Shown here: positions 36,969 through 49,517 of the stretch, in pieces
Numbering within the stretch: the first letter of the stretch is position 1
Layout: every line of letters starts with the position of its first letter
Source: Anolis carolinensis
Taxonomy: Eukaryota
Assembly: GCF_035594765.1 (NCBI RefSeq)
Contig: NC_085842.1
Location: 89,690,782-89,754,781 of the forward strand
DNA: 64,000 nt
Reading direction: 5' to 3'
Translations under genes and position numbers: made by a program
The notes under the pieces: generated by a model
Told to the model about the DNA's origin: nothing
The model's input: the letters and a program-made list of their open reading frames with translations, nothing else
Databases searched by the model: none

Positions 36969-37159
36969 CTATTGAGCATGGCTCTGGAAGCCTCCTAGGA
37001 AAGATGTCCCAGCCAATTGGAATGAGCCGCCGGGCATTCAGTTATGATGATGCCCTGGAGGATACAGCACCAATGACTCCTCCTCCTTCAAATATGTCCT
37101 CCAATATCCTATGGAAAGAACCAGTCATTCCAGACCGCAAATATGAGGAGCTTTCCAAG
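36969..37159 (+). CDS. KIAA1191: KIAA1191 coding exon 2
   Basis: ...LGKMSQPIGMSRRAFSYDDALEDTAPMTPPPS...VIPDRKYEELSK. Confidence 0.95.
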
Positions 37160-38041
37160 GTATGAAGTCTCTGGAGTGAATGCAGAGGTGGTGTAAGATT
37201 TCCCGTGGATTCCAGTTGTATTGCTCTATGGCAATTTACATGAATTGAACAATAAAATAAAATGTGTTGGATGGCACATAAATTAGTGTTGTGGATACAG
37301 TTTTTAAACCCTGATGATGGTGGTAGTGGCATCTGCTTTTCAGATTTGATGAAGTGAATGAAAGTGCTACAACAAAAGTTAGTATGATTCCTTAATAGAA
37401 TACCTTTGAAGGAAAGCATATAAAACTCTCATATTTAATGAATGGTTTCCTGAAAGGCTGAAAAATAGATTTGCTGTTGTTTTAAAACAATATGTTTTAA
37501 ACCATGTTTTGGAAATGTTAGCTAAAATGTAAAAAATTAAAGACCAATTTTTTAAAAATCCTATAATCCCATTTTGGTAAATCTGTAAAATGTGTGTTAA
37601 GGTTAATGTTTTCATATGATAAGATGAATATACTTTACACCCATGAGAACAGTTCAGAAGTATGTTATAATCGGCATAGAACATTCAAATTAGAATATTA
37701 GCATCTGATGTTTTGTAAATATATACTTAGATGAGTGGCTGTGGATTGTGGAATAACTGACAGTGGACATTGTTATTTTTATTCTGGCTTTATTCTTCAG
37801 AATGAACAAGTAGTCTGAAAGCCATAGTTGTCATCCTAGGTAGGCAGATGAATTATTTCCAGTGAAAGAGAAAATGTTTCACCTGTCCATACATCAGATG
37901 TTCTTTGTTGTGTCTTGTTTTTAGTTTGTACAGATGTAGCATCTAGACTAATTCCTTTGAGATTCAGGAGAAGCTTGTAAGATTCTCCTGGTGTGATTTT
38001 CTCTCTTTCTCCTCAAATTGTGCCTGGGTTCCTCTGCGCAG

Positions 38042-38168
38042 GTTGAGGAAGAGGAAATTAGCATGCATGCATCTGCCATAGTCCCATCATCTTCTACTGA
38101 GACTGTGAGCAAGGTTCCAGTAGTGAAGGCCAAAGCCACCCACATCATCATGAATTCTCTCATTACAA
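38042..38168 (+). CDS. KIAA1191: KIAA1191 coding exon 3
   Basis: VEEEE...KVPVVKAKATHIIMNSLIT; AG and GTAAG boundaries. Confidence 0.95.
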
Positions 38169-39048
38169 GTAAGAGCTCTTGTATTAATTTTGTAGGCTAT
38201 TTAATGAAAGCATAGAAGTTTGTCCAAAAACACTATTTCCCATTATTAAGCAGGCTACATCTGCTTTTCTCTTCTCTATTTAAATTACAGAAGAGTCTAA
38301 AAAGAGACTGGATATTCTAAAGTAAGAAGCAGGCAACTTCTGTCTCTCTAGATTTTGTTAGGACATGGTTTTCTTTATCCTTAGACAACGGTCTAAGTTG
38401 CAGTCCAACAGCATCTGGAAGGCACAAGTTGCCTATTTCTGTCATAATAGAAAGGAATAATCCCCTTAGATTTAAAGCAGAACACTCAGAACATCTGAAT
38501 ATGCTTTACCTTAAAAAGTCATATAATTTTTGTGCCTAGCATGCTAACTGGTGGAAGAAACATTATCGGTCATTTCTTCCTGAACTTTTGCTGCCAGTCG
38601 TTACTTTTTAGTTTGGTAAACCCATTTCATCAAATTTCATCAAATTAAATTATTGTTAACTATCATCGAGTCTGCTGTCAAAGCTTTAAGGGAAAACTAA
38701 AAATGTTAGTTATCTAAATTACAAAGACAGACTTCTACATAGTTGGCAGTAAATTAGGCTGAAAAACTGAACACTGTATGAGCAATACATCCCCATTCCA
38801 TTTAATGTGCATATAAGTTATATGTATGCTTGAATCAGCATTACTTGCATGTAATTGAAGCACTTTCCCTACAGTACTGGGCCTGCCACAACTTTCTGTT
38901 TTGGGAACCCCCTAACGCAAATGATTTCTAGGCTGATGGGAATTGGAATGCAGCCACATATGGAGGGTCCTTTTTTCTCATTCTTGGTTGATAACATGAG
39001 ACTCTGGAGCCTAGAAATATTTTGTCTTGCAAAAGGAACTTACGTCTA

Positions 39049-39220
39049 CCCTGTTTCCCTGAAAATAAGACATCCCCAGAAAATAAGACCTAGTAGAGGT
39101 TTTGCTGAATTGCTAAATATAAGGCCTCCCCCGAAAGTAAGACCTAGCAAAGTTTTTGTTTGGAAGCATGCAGGATCAGTAAATTGTTTGTTGTACATGG
39201 AAATAAAGGTAGTAACAAGA

Positions 39221-39271
<51 letters not shown>

Positions 39272-39611
39272 TTTATTCTTGTATCCCACCTCCATCTCCC
39301 AGAAGGGACTCAGGGCAGCTTACACAGGGACAAGCCAACAACAACATAAATTTACATACAAACAGCAATTTAAAACAGTATAGGAATAAAATATAATATA
39401 GAAATTCTTGAAAGGATTCACAGTTTGGTTATGCTGGTTTGTGATGACAACTACTGTACAGTAGATAATACATTTTCATTTTTTAAACATTCAACCATAA
39501 ATGTGAATTCTTCTTTATGGAAAAATAAGACATCCCCTGAAAATAAGACCTAGCGCATCTTTGGGAGCAAAAATTAATATAAAACACTGTCTTATTTTCG
39601 GGGAAACAGGG
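39049..39611. mobile_element. Tc1/mariner-type MITE with nested L2 tail
   Basis: TIR CCCTGTTTCCC.GAAAATAAGAC; TA TSD; (AAT)n L2 tail at ~39221-39400. Confidence 0.82.
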
Positions 39612-40761
39612 TAGGTACATATTCCTAAATTAACCTTTAAAAATCAAATCCTGTTTGCTTCCATCTGCTAGAATGTCAGTCCATAAAATTTAGATTTAGT
39701 TGTTTTGACAATTTGTAATACAAGCTGAGCATCTCTCCTCCAGAATTCTGACATCCAAAACACCCCAAAATCCAAAATTGTCTATAGCAGTGGTTCTCAA
39801 CATGTGGATTCCCAGATAACAACAGCAACAACAACGACTTTATTCTTATAACCCACACCATCTCCCAGAAGCGACTTGGGGTGGCTCACATGGGAACAAA
39901 GTCCAGCATAAAACAGAGAATACAAAGATACGTAATTAAAACATGTAACAATAAACAATACAATTAAACAGTTAAGAAAGTAAAAACATCAACATCAAAC
40001 CAGTGCTGGAAAAGTGGGCATATTCAGATATTAGAGGGAAGGGCAAGGCTTGTACAAAAACAAAGAGCAATAGGGCCAGGGCTGGGAGTAAAGTGCTGGA
40101 AAAAATTATTAAATTAGGGATGGGCAGCCATGATCAGGAATTATTCAAAGGCATATTGGAACAGCCAAGTTTTTAAGTCTTTATGAAAAGTGACAGGGTG
40201 GGGCCTAATCTAATCTCCCTCTGGAGAGTTGACTTTCCAACTCCCAGAAATACTAACAGCTGGTAAATTGGCTAGGATTTCTGGGAGTTGTAGGCCAAAA
40301 CACCTAGGGATCCACAGGTTGAGAACTGCTGATCTAGAGAAGCTGAGCTAGTGACACCTTTGCTTGCTGATTATTCAGTGTACATAAATTTAGTTTCATG
40401 TACAACATTATTAAAAACAGTGTGTATAAAGTTGCTTTCAGGCTGTGTGATTATAGTGGATATGAAACATAAATGAAACTTATGTTAGGGCTTGTGTCCA
40501 GTCTCCAATACATCTCATTATGTATATGCAGATATTTCACATTCTGGAAAAATTCAAAAGACGACTTGTCCCAAGCATTTTAGAGAATGAATGCTCAATC
40601 TGTATATTGCATAGGTGGTTGTAACACCCACCTACCCCATCCCACCCCATACTTAAACATTGTTAGTAACTATAAATGCTATATGGCATTTCCTCATAGA
40701 ACCTCGTGGCAGGCAGCAGTGTTTTGTGGCTTGTATGAATGTGTCATATTGTCCGTTCTAG

Positions 40762-40886
40762 AACAAACTCAGGAGAGCATTCAGCGCTTTGAGCAGCAGG
40801 CAGGGCTGAGAGATGCCGGATACACTCCTCACAAGGGCCTCACTGCAGAGGAGACAAAATACCATCGTGTGGCTGAGTCGTTCCAT
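40762..40886 (+). CDS. KIAA1191: KIAA1191 coding exon 4
   Basis: (K)QTQESIQRFEQQAGLRDAGYTPHKGLTAEETKYHRVAESFH. Confidence 0.95.
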
Positions 40887-41575
40887 GTAAGGTGCCCAAG
40901 TCCCACAGGACTTCTAATTAGTTAATTACTTTCATTGGTAGAGCTAGTCAATCATGACAGTATATGGAGGGATGAGATATTTGATGGTGGATGTTTTTAA
41001 CAAATTATGATTGGTTTGGGATTTTTCTGCTGTTTCAGAATATTGTGTAGGTCATATATTTAAGATAACATGTATATGCAATTGATTCAATTCTCAATTC
41101 AGGCCCTGAGCATTTGTAATTGAACTAACTGTATGTCAGAGAAGAGGAGACTCTTCTCCCTCCCATTCTAATTCAGCCTTCAGAGTCCCATAGTGGCCTA
41201 ACTCTTTGAAGTGAAAAAGCTTATTTTGTCTGACACTAGTCTTTGTAATTGCAAAGACAAGCAGAGCGAAGGAGAATCTCACCACGAGATCCGAAAAGTA
41301 ATAGAAGATAATGTAGTTCTACACAGCCTCTTTCGTCTTCCCGTTTGGGGGGATTTCACCTGGCCCTGCTCACCTTCCCACTTGGAAATATGATTGAATT
41401 GATTGAACGTAACAGCGAGATTACTTTCAGGTCCCCTTTTCTATTCAGTGGGATGGTGAGGGGTATGGAAGGGGGCATATATTGTGGCTTTGAACAAGGG
41501 ATGTTGAAGGGAGCATTGCGAAGGGGCCAGGTGACTTTCAGGTAGAGGTTTGGGTCAGAGTCTCATCTTGATATC

Positions 41576-42710
41576 GGACTTCATCCCACTAGATCTATCC
41601 ACTTTAAATCTGGTTTCTGCCTCTTGCAGAATTCTGGGGTTTGTAGTTTAGTGAGGCTCTGACTGATCAGTTTAAAGACCCCTCCCTAAACTTCAAACAA
41701 CCAGAATTCTGCAGGAGGCAACAACCAGATTTAAAATGTATAGATGCTCTAGTGCAGGGGTCCTCAAACCTTTTAAGTGGAGGGCCAATTCATGGTCCCT
41801 CAGATTGTTGAGGGGCAGAATTATCATTTGAAAAAAACAAACAAATTCCTATGCTCACATGTCTTATTTGTAGTGCACCCCCCCCCCCAAAAAAACAACA
41901 ATTATTTATTTATTTACTACATTTATACCCCACCCTCTCTCAACCTGAAGGGGATTCAGAGCGGCTTACAAGTTGTATGTACATACAATATATTATATTA
42001 TTAGCATAGCACAATATTAGCATTATATAATACTATATTGTACTATACCATTATACCGTAATATTATTAGTAATATTACATTTCATATATAATATATAAT
42101 TAATATTATTATATTGTATTATTATTATTAGCCACCCTGAGTCCCCTATTGGGTGAGAAGGGCAGGGTAGAAATACTGTAATAAATAAATAAATATTATA
42201 TTGTTTGACATTATAATATTATTATCAATATTATATGTATACACAATATATTATATTATTACCATATCATTAGTTTACAATATTTCATTTACAATATTAG
42301 TAAATGAAAGAACAATACAATATTTAAAAATAAAAATAATTTAAACCAACGTACTGTAAACCTATCAGGATTTCAGTGGGAAGTGTGGGCCTGCTTCTGG
42401 CCAATGAGATTATCAAGTAGGATTTTTGTTGTGCCTTCAAGTCATTTCAGACTTTGGGCAAGCCTAAGTCTAAAACTGAGGGTGGGGGCCAGGTAAATGG
42501 CCTTGGAGGGCCGCATCCGGCCCCCGGGCCTTAGTTTGGGGACCCCTGCTCTAGTGCATGTATGGGCAAACTTGGGTCCTCCAGGTGTTTTGGACTTCAA
42601 TTCCCACAATTCTTAACAGCTGGTAGGCTGTTCGGAATTGTGGGAGTTGAAGTCCAAAACACCTGAAGGGCCCAAGTTTGCCCATGCCTGCTCTAGTGTG
42701 ATGAGGTCCA
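41576..42710. mobile_element. Harbinger-like MITE carrying two tandem hAT insertions (41755-42548 and 42557-42690)
   Basis: TSD CTCTAGTG present three times (41747, 42549, 42691); TIRs CAGGGGTCC.CAAAC and CA.G.ATGGGCAAACTT. Confidence 0.82.
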
Positions 42711-43111
42711 TCATCTGCCCAGAGCCTATAGGAGTCTGGGGAGGGAAGTCAAAGTTTGAGATTCAAATAGTTTCAGACTCAAGGTACATTTTTATTTCCA
42801 ATGTATCAACAACCCACTCTCCTGAGATAAAGTATGCTTTTCTGAGAACCAGCTCTTGTGCTCACATCTAGCCAATGAAGCTCAGGCTAAGCTGAATGTT
42901 TTGCTCAGTTATAAATGGGTAGCCATTTGGAAGTTGGCAAGTTTTGGAATGGAATTGCTTCTCTCTGTGTTATGCTCCTTTTAAAGTTTTGACAGACACT
43001 AAATACTTTTATTACTAATACCTTACTAATAAAGTAAGCTGTTGGTGGACTATGGGTTGTTCACTGGTGAGGTTTGGGAAGCTTCCATTTGTATGTGTTT
43101 GCTCCTAACAG

Positions 43112-43218
43112 AACCTAAAGATGCAAAGTGGAGACATGGCAAAAGAAGATAAACAGACCTCTTCTGCTCAATCCACTCCAAGCAGCACTCCGCAATCCTC
43201 TCCCAAGCGCACCTACAG
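43112..43218 (+). CDS. KIAA1191: KIAA1191 coding exon 5
   Basis: NLKMQSGDMAKEDKQTSSAQSTPSSTPQSSPKRTY(R). Confidence 0.93.
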
Positions 43219-43511
43219 GTATATTTCACAGTGGTTTAAAGTGAATTTTTGTATAAATGACTTAGCATTCCAGCTTCCTTTGGATATTGTGAATGTGTAT
43301 CCATTATAAATATGTACAGTTCATTTTTGTTCTGATTTTAATAATAATACATTTTTTAGTTTTTTTTTGAAATGGCTCATAGAAAGTTTCTTGGAGTTTA
43401 TCTTCTATCAAGCTACTTGAATGCATGTGTTATTATGTTGAAGACTGAACTGTTAGATGCTGTTAAAATCTGCTTTGTGCCGTTTGTGTTCTTAGTAGTT
43501 CTTTCTTTCAG

Positions 43512-43660
43512 GGGCTGGTTTAGTCAGGGAACCTCCAATTCCATCACTGGCCCTGATCTTGCCTCAATGGACTCCAGCGGTGGGGATGGCGATAAAATAC
43601 CATCGGAAAAATGGAGCCTCTTTGGACCAAGGACTCTTCAGAGATCCACTACTAGCACAG
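43512..43660 (+). CDS. KIAA1191: KIAA1191 coding exon 6
   Basis: GWFSQGTSNSITGPD...SEKWSLFGPRTLQRSTTST. Confidence 0.93.
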
Positions 43661-44112
43661 GTATACATGATTTTAAGGATAGGGATGACTGAAATATGTG
43701 CTCAGAGAGCAGCAAAGAAGTTGAGATATAAAATTCAGCTTGGCTTGAAAGACTACAGCCATTAAAATAAAGGTTATGAATGGCATTAAAAATGGAGAAA
43801 GAGAAACGCGCCAGGACTGAAGCTGCAGGAGAACATGTGTCAGGTGGTTTTCTGGAGTTTGCTGCTTTCCACAATTTGTGGCATAGGATCTGCTACATGC
43901 AAAACCCAGTCAGAAAATGAAATGAAATTATTTTACATTATCACTATTAAGACAAATATCTGCTCTGGGCACCCAAATAATAGTAACAGAAATTTACAAA
44001 ATGTCAGTTTTAAGAACATTGTCATGTAGGCAGCTGTAAATGTGCAGGCATTCATGGTCATAGCCTGATACGTTCTTGTTCTTTCCTGCTTTGCACATTT
44101 TGCTTTCCTTAG

Positions 44113-44321
44113 GGGGCTTTACCATCCAGGCCTATAAAGGTGCCCAGAAGCCATCTCCAATGGAACTTATGCGTGCCCAGGCCACTCGGATGGCAGAGGA
44201 TTCTGCAACGTTTAAGCCCCCCAAGATGGACATTCCTGCTATGGAAGAAAAGAGGCGGTCCCCACGTTCTCATAACCTCAAGCCTCGGGACATGAATGTG
44301 CTCACTCCAACTGGGTTCTAG
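44113..44321 (+). CDS. KIAA1191: KIAA1191 last coding exon
   Basis: GFTIQAYKGAQKPSPMELMRAQA...HNLKPRDMNVLTPTGF*; total 936 nt = 311 aa. Confidence 0.95.
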
Positions 44322-45913
44322 GAACACCTCTGCTTATAGGGCCTGGTCATGATCTTGGGACAAAATGCTCCTTGTGCTGCTTTTTTTTCATTCCTTTTAC
44401 AGTTGACATAGGGTGGCCTCTTCTAGTTCAGAATTACATTTGGTGATGAAACATGTCTGAGGAATTTTATGGATGTATTGATCTCTTCTCATTCCAAGCA
44501 TTTCTTCTGTGCAGCACAAATCATTGTCATCCTGCCAGTGTATTTCTGACACATAGCCTTGTTTTATAATGGACACCACATCATGTTCAAGTTTTGTTTT
44601 TTTGTAGCTTGACTGTCTGATCTGCTGTGACTGGCTCTTGTGTAGACATCTGCTTTATTTATGCCAGGTTATTGTAGAGTTGTGTGTGACTTTAGCCTCT
44701 TAAATATTCCCTATTTCAACCTTTAAGGGATTTCAGCATTCTCTGGTTAAATGCTTTTTTGAAGTCTTGTTCCTGGAAGGTTTTGAAAATCTGCTTTGGC
44801 TGTTTCAGTTACAAGAGATCTATGCCTTAATGTTGGGACATGCCCATTCAAAGGTCTGCAGTATGCATGACACGGTTTGTGAAGTCTGTTCCTGACATTG
44901 AATGGCTCATTATATCATTGACAAAGTCCTTCAGTCCCAGAGTATAACAAGTCTCAAACAGAAAAAGGGAGTCATGGCTATTACATGTGGTCTCAAAGGC
45001 ATTGGAAATTTCTAGTGGCACTTTTTGAAAAGAAAGGATGTGGAATGGAAGTAAATTAATGAGAAAGAGACAATTGACATCTAAGTTTATTCTGGATATA
45101 GAGGGTTCCAAGGTAAATAGCTTATAATATGGAAAGAATCTAGCTGAGCTGCTTAAATTAGTTGTGAACATTAATAACAAGTAATGTGGTTGTTTCTTTT
45201 GACATGTTTATGTCAGGCAAGGAAAGACATTGTGTATCCAGTCCAAGATAAGCAAAGCATATACAGCCCTTCTTTTCTTGAGCTAAAAGTCCAGCATTCC
45301 TCCTAATTGCCTGTCCTTGCTAGGGCTTCTGGGAGGTGCAGTGAAACAATTAAAGGGCTGTACTTCGCCCACTTCTGATTTCAGCTCTTAAGCCACAGGT
45401 TGGCATTACTTTATCATGTAACAGCTTGGAATATCTGTTATATAGAAGTTCCTTTGTGTAATGGCATGTTTATGAAGGACCTTCTCACTAAGCTTTTTTA
45501 CTGCCCTAGAGTACCCTGTGACTTTTCTATAAACTGAGATTGTGATATCACTCAACAACTTGCTAATGTCTAATCCTTCTTATGACCACATCTTGGATAT
45601 GTGTTCCTTTGACAGCATTCTGGCTTTTGCCAACTTTGTTTAGTTATTGTCATCACTACTTCTACACAGTAAACAGTGATTCAGCTTTTTGATTAATGTT
45701 TAATTTATTTTGTGATGTTTTGTGCTCATGTCTATCCCTGACTATTCCATGGAATTAAAAACACCCCTTCCAAATGCATTTCTTGAGGTCATTATTACAA
45801 CAGTATCATAATGCAAAATCTCTACTACATGTTAATAAGGCAATGCTGTCATGTCCACTTAGCTAAAATATGCATCACTGAGTTAAAGGGGATTGATGGC
45901 TGAGTAGATCTGT

Positions 45914-46069
45914 GGGTAAAGGTAGGTAAAAGTTTTCCCTTGACATGAAGTCTAGTCACGTCCGACTCTGGGGTTTGGTGCTCATCTCCATTTCTAAGCT
46001 AAAGATCTGGTGTTGTCTGTAGATACCTCCAAGGTCATGTGGCCGGCATTACTGCATGGAGCACCGTTA
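45914..46069 (-). mobile_element. 5'-truncated Sauria SINE
   Basis: ACCTTT-type tail; TSD AGTAGATCTGT (45903 and 46081). Confidence 0.8.
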
Positions 46070-46377
46070 TGAGCCAGTACAGTAGATCTGTACTGGCTCA
46101 TAATTTCCAATGTACTTATCCACAACTTTTTTTTAAAAAAGTCATCTCACTCTATAAGTAATAAAATAATTTATTACAAAAGCAGTACAAAATCCACATG
46201 GAAACAGTCACAGACCAATTTCAGGCTAAACTGAAGACTTTCAATTGCTTTGACAATCTCACAACAATGTAAAAATGGGATTGAAACCAGTGTTTCTTTT
46301 GAGAATTATTTGAAATTCATAGTTTGGTATTTCTGCTTGAAAGAAGCTCCTCTTTTTAGCAGTCCAGCAGTCATCCT

Positions 46378-46598
46378 TTAGATATCCAGAGCAGTAAGTA
46401 GCTGTATCTGAAGTAGTTCTATTTTTTCTATGATGGATGATGGGATTGGCTGCTGAATAGTTTTAGAAAGATGCTTTTTGAAGCTTTGAATTCTGCACTT
46501 TACATCACTTTCTTTAATATAGTCTTGTGACTGTAATTTGGGTTTAGCACCCTTTATAATTAAATTGATCCGTTCATAGACTGGGCTTCTTAAGTGCC
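46378..46598 (-). CDS. SIMC1: SIMC1 last coding exon
   Basis: (G)HLRSPVYERINLIIKGAKPKLQ...LLTALDI*; minus-strand AATAAA at 46170-46175. Confidence 0.92.
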
Positions 46599-46688
46599 CT
46601 ATAAAAAAAGGGGAGAAAGGCATGGAACGTTACTGAAGTGTGAAGGAGACTAAATGTAAGGTCTGCACTTACGCATGAGATTAGAGCT

Positions 46689-47575
46689 TCTATATATATA
46701 AAAGGATAAAGTTGTTTGCACAGTGACTGTAACAACAAAACTAAACGTCCCAGAAATACAAAAGTTGGCAACAACGCAAAAGCCTTGCCTCCCGGTTATA
46801 ACAACACAACCACACCACAAAATTACAATCCGGACCCACAAAACTCACAACAATGCATTGTGACTATAACAACACAACTAAACTGGATGGCTATCTGTCT
46901 GAGGGGTTTGGGTGGGGTCTTCCTCCATGACAAAAAGAAAGGGGTTGGACTTGATGCAAACTACAAATCCCAGCACCCCATGACATGGAGTCCATGCATT
47001 TCAATTAGAGGCCTCTTCCTTCTCCCTTTCCCCGCCATCCAACCCACTGACCCAGTTCCATGACTCCGCTCATCAACCTCTCCAATCCCTACATTCACAC
47101 TTGGCCTCCAAAAAAACAATGACAATAATATCAATGACAACAACAACAATAAGAATCAACACCATCACAGGCAAGAAGCAGCCAGGCACTGAGGCTGAGA
47201 GGCCAGTCAGTGCTACACTGGGCCTCCAAAAAAACAATACAGTAGCATCTAACTTATCCAACCTTCATGACCACTACAACAACAACAATAATAATAATAA
47301 ACATCTACACAGGCAAAACAAAGACTATTGCACCACAATAAAAATATAAACCGCACACAGCAGAATCAGACATCACAATTAACAACAAACCAGAGACAAC
47401 AGGGATCTCAAGCAATTATCAATCAACACAAAAATTGAAGAAGGTAACAGACTTCAAATACTACTACTAATGTGAGTATAAAGAAGGGTGGAGGTCACAG
47501 CATAAATACAACCTAATGTAGACTGACCAACACCACCAGACTATGCCACAGCAACGCGTTGCTGGGCACAGCTAG
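46689..47575 (+). mobile_element. Non-autonomous Helitron D
   Basis: TCTATATATATAAAAG 5' end; GCCACAGCAACGCGTTGC..CTAG|T 3' end; strongly A/C-rich top strand. Confidence 0.82.
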
Positions 47576-47863
47576 TACTTTATATAAGTTGAGGATAGGA
47601 TTTGGGGCCTAAATTAGATTCTAACATGCCTCCTGGATAAGTTATGCTGAGAGCATAAAGCATCAATGATGCTTTGGGGCTAGCCTCTGGCCACCATTTC
47701 CCTATCTAGGCATTCAAAAAGGCCAGAAGTGGCATCAATATGGAGAGGGGTTTTCCCAGGACAGACTAGTTCTCACCCTTTGCAACTCAGAAGGGGATAG
47801 TTCTATTTTTTATAAGAGTTAAGGTACAGTACTCACACTGATCTGTGAATAAGTCGACCCAGG

Positions 47864-48782
47864 TGTAAAGAAGCATGAATTTTAGTTTACAGATGCCATG
47901 TTTAATTGTGTGGTTATGTTTTAAAAAGGGTAAATGTTATTGTTATTGTATGAAGGGAATAGCCACCTCAGCACTCAGAGGCTGGTTGCCATGGAGAAGG
48001 GGGCGGAGCCAACTGGGTTAGCTGAAGAGAGAGCAGAATTTGGAGGGAAACTCAGTCTGGGCTCTGTTGAAGCTCAGGGAAGGCTGATCCTAAGTTAGGG
48101 GATTAGGGAGACTCAATTGGTCATTTTGAGTCAATTTTAAAATAAGTTTGGTGACTTATTTTAAGTAGTCTGTTCTCTGATAAGGTACAGGGAAGTCTGA
48201 TTCTCAGTTGAGGGGATCAGGGAGACTCAAGATTTTGAGTCATTTAAAAAATAAGTTTGGTGACTTATTTCAAGGTAGTCTGTTTCCAGATAAGGAACAG
48301 ATAGGCTGTGATTGAAATTCATAGGGTGACTGCAGTTTAGAGTAGTAAAGAAAGAAGTGACATTTTAAGAAGTTTGAATTACCTCATTCTAGCTTTGCTA
48401 GAACTGTCAATCAAAGTGCCTCTAAGTGAGAACTGTAACCATTAAGCTTGTGCCTCAATAAACGTGTTATTGTTCTCTCAAACATCTCAGTCTCTGTCAT
48501 ATATACACACATCAAGAATAAACAAGAAGAAGAAAGAAGAAAAATAAAATTTAAAAGTCTCCTCTCTAAGTAGCCAGTGGCTAAATCTTCCAATAGTGGT
48601 GGCAAGAGTTGATAATTCCCTTAACACCTGGTGGCAGCATTTAAAATAAAAACATCTTTAATAAGTGGTGGCAGCAATAATATAAATATAATTAATTAAT
48701 AAGAACTCCTCCACATCTCTGCAATCGGTGTCAGAGGTGGGATTTTTAATAAAGATTTCTCCCCCTTTCTGACATCTTTGTA
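47864..48782 (+). mobile_element. Solo LTR (Ty3/gypsy-like)
   Basis: Starts TGTAAAGA and ends in degenerate TCTTTGTA; GC box; ~112-bp tandem enhancer-like repeat; AATAAA at ~48457; interrupts a MITE (GACCCAGG|TTTTG). The right boundary is uncertain. Confidence 0.65.
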
Positions 48783-49118
48783 AGGTTTTGAGGGTTTGCT
48801 TTTTGACTAACATTTTAAAATCTCTACATGAGTATATAAAATATGTACATAATAAATACATCCCTGGAAAACTGAATACAGGACACTAGAATGGCATTTT
48901 TCTTTTTTACATAGCAGATATTATCCTTTGCTCAATAAATGTATATATGAAGGATCATATACACAGCCTGGCTAAACACTGAAAATGGCAACTGAAGGAA
49001 CACACAAGCAGGGCTGAGAAGATCTGTCAGGAATTTTCCAGTTGTGTATCTAGAAGTATATCATGATTGGATTATGTACTGTTTAAATAAGACAATGAAT
49101 GATAAGCAAGATGCTCAC

Positions 49119-49203
49119 CTAGGATTATGCTGCAATAACTCTGCAACAACAAATTCAAATGGTAAAGCATCTCATCCCACCCCTGCCACGTTGCTCCATT
49201 GTC
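49119..49203 (-). CDS. SIMC1: SIMC1 exon
   Basis: DNGATWQGWDEMLYHLNLLLQSYCSIIL; AG and GTGAG boundaries. Confidence 0.92.
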
Positions 49204-49363
49204 CTGTGAAGAGAGATGTTTTAGTTGGAATTTTATATCTGCTGTTTTGACAATTGTGCACATTACATGGTGCATCCTGTGATGAAGATTAAGGAATGGG
49301 AGGGGGCAAGCCCAAAAGCTATTTTATTTTCATAGGACGAGTAATGGAAACACACAGAAATAC

Positions 49364-49517
49364 CTGGTATATTAGTGGTAGAGAAAAGCTTTGCAGCAAC
49401 TTTAAAATCCTGTTCAAAGACAAGGGACCCTTAGTGGGAACAGTACTATGCTTAAAAAGGAGCTCCAGCACTCTGCATCGTAGGAGATGGCATTCCATGC
49501 TGCTTAGAAAGGCTTCC
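49364..49517 (-). CDS. SIMC1: SIMC1 exon
   Basis: EAFLSSMECHLLRCRVLELLFKHSTVPTKGPLSLNRILKLLQSFSLPLIYQ. Confidence 0.92.
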
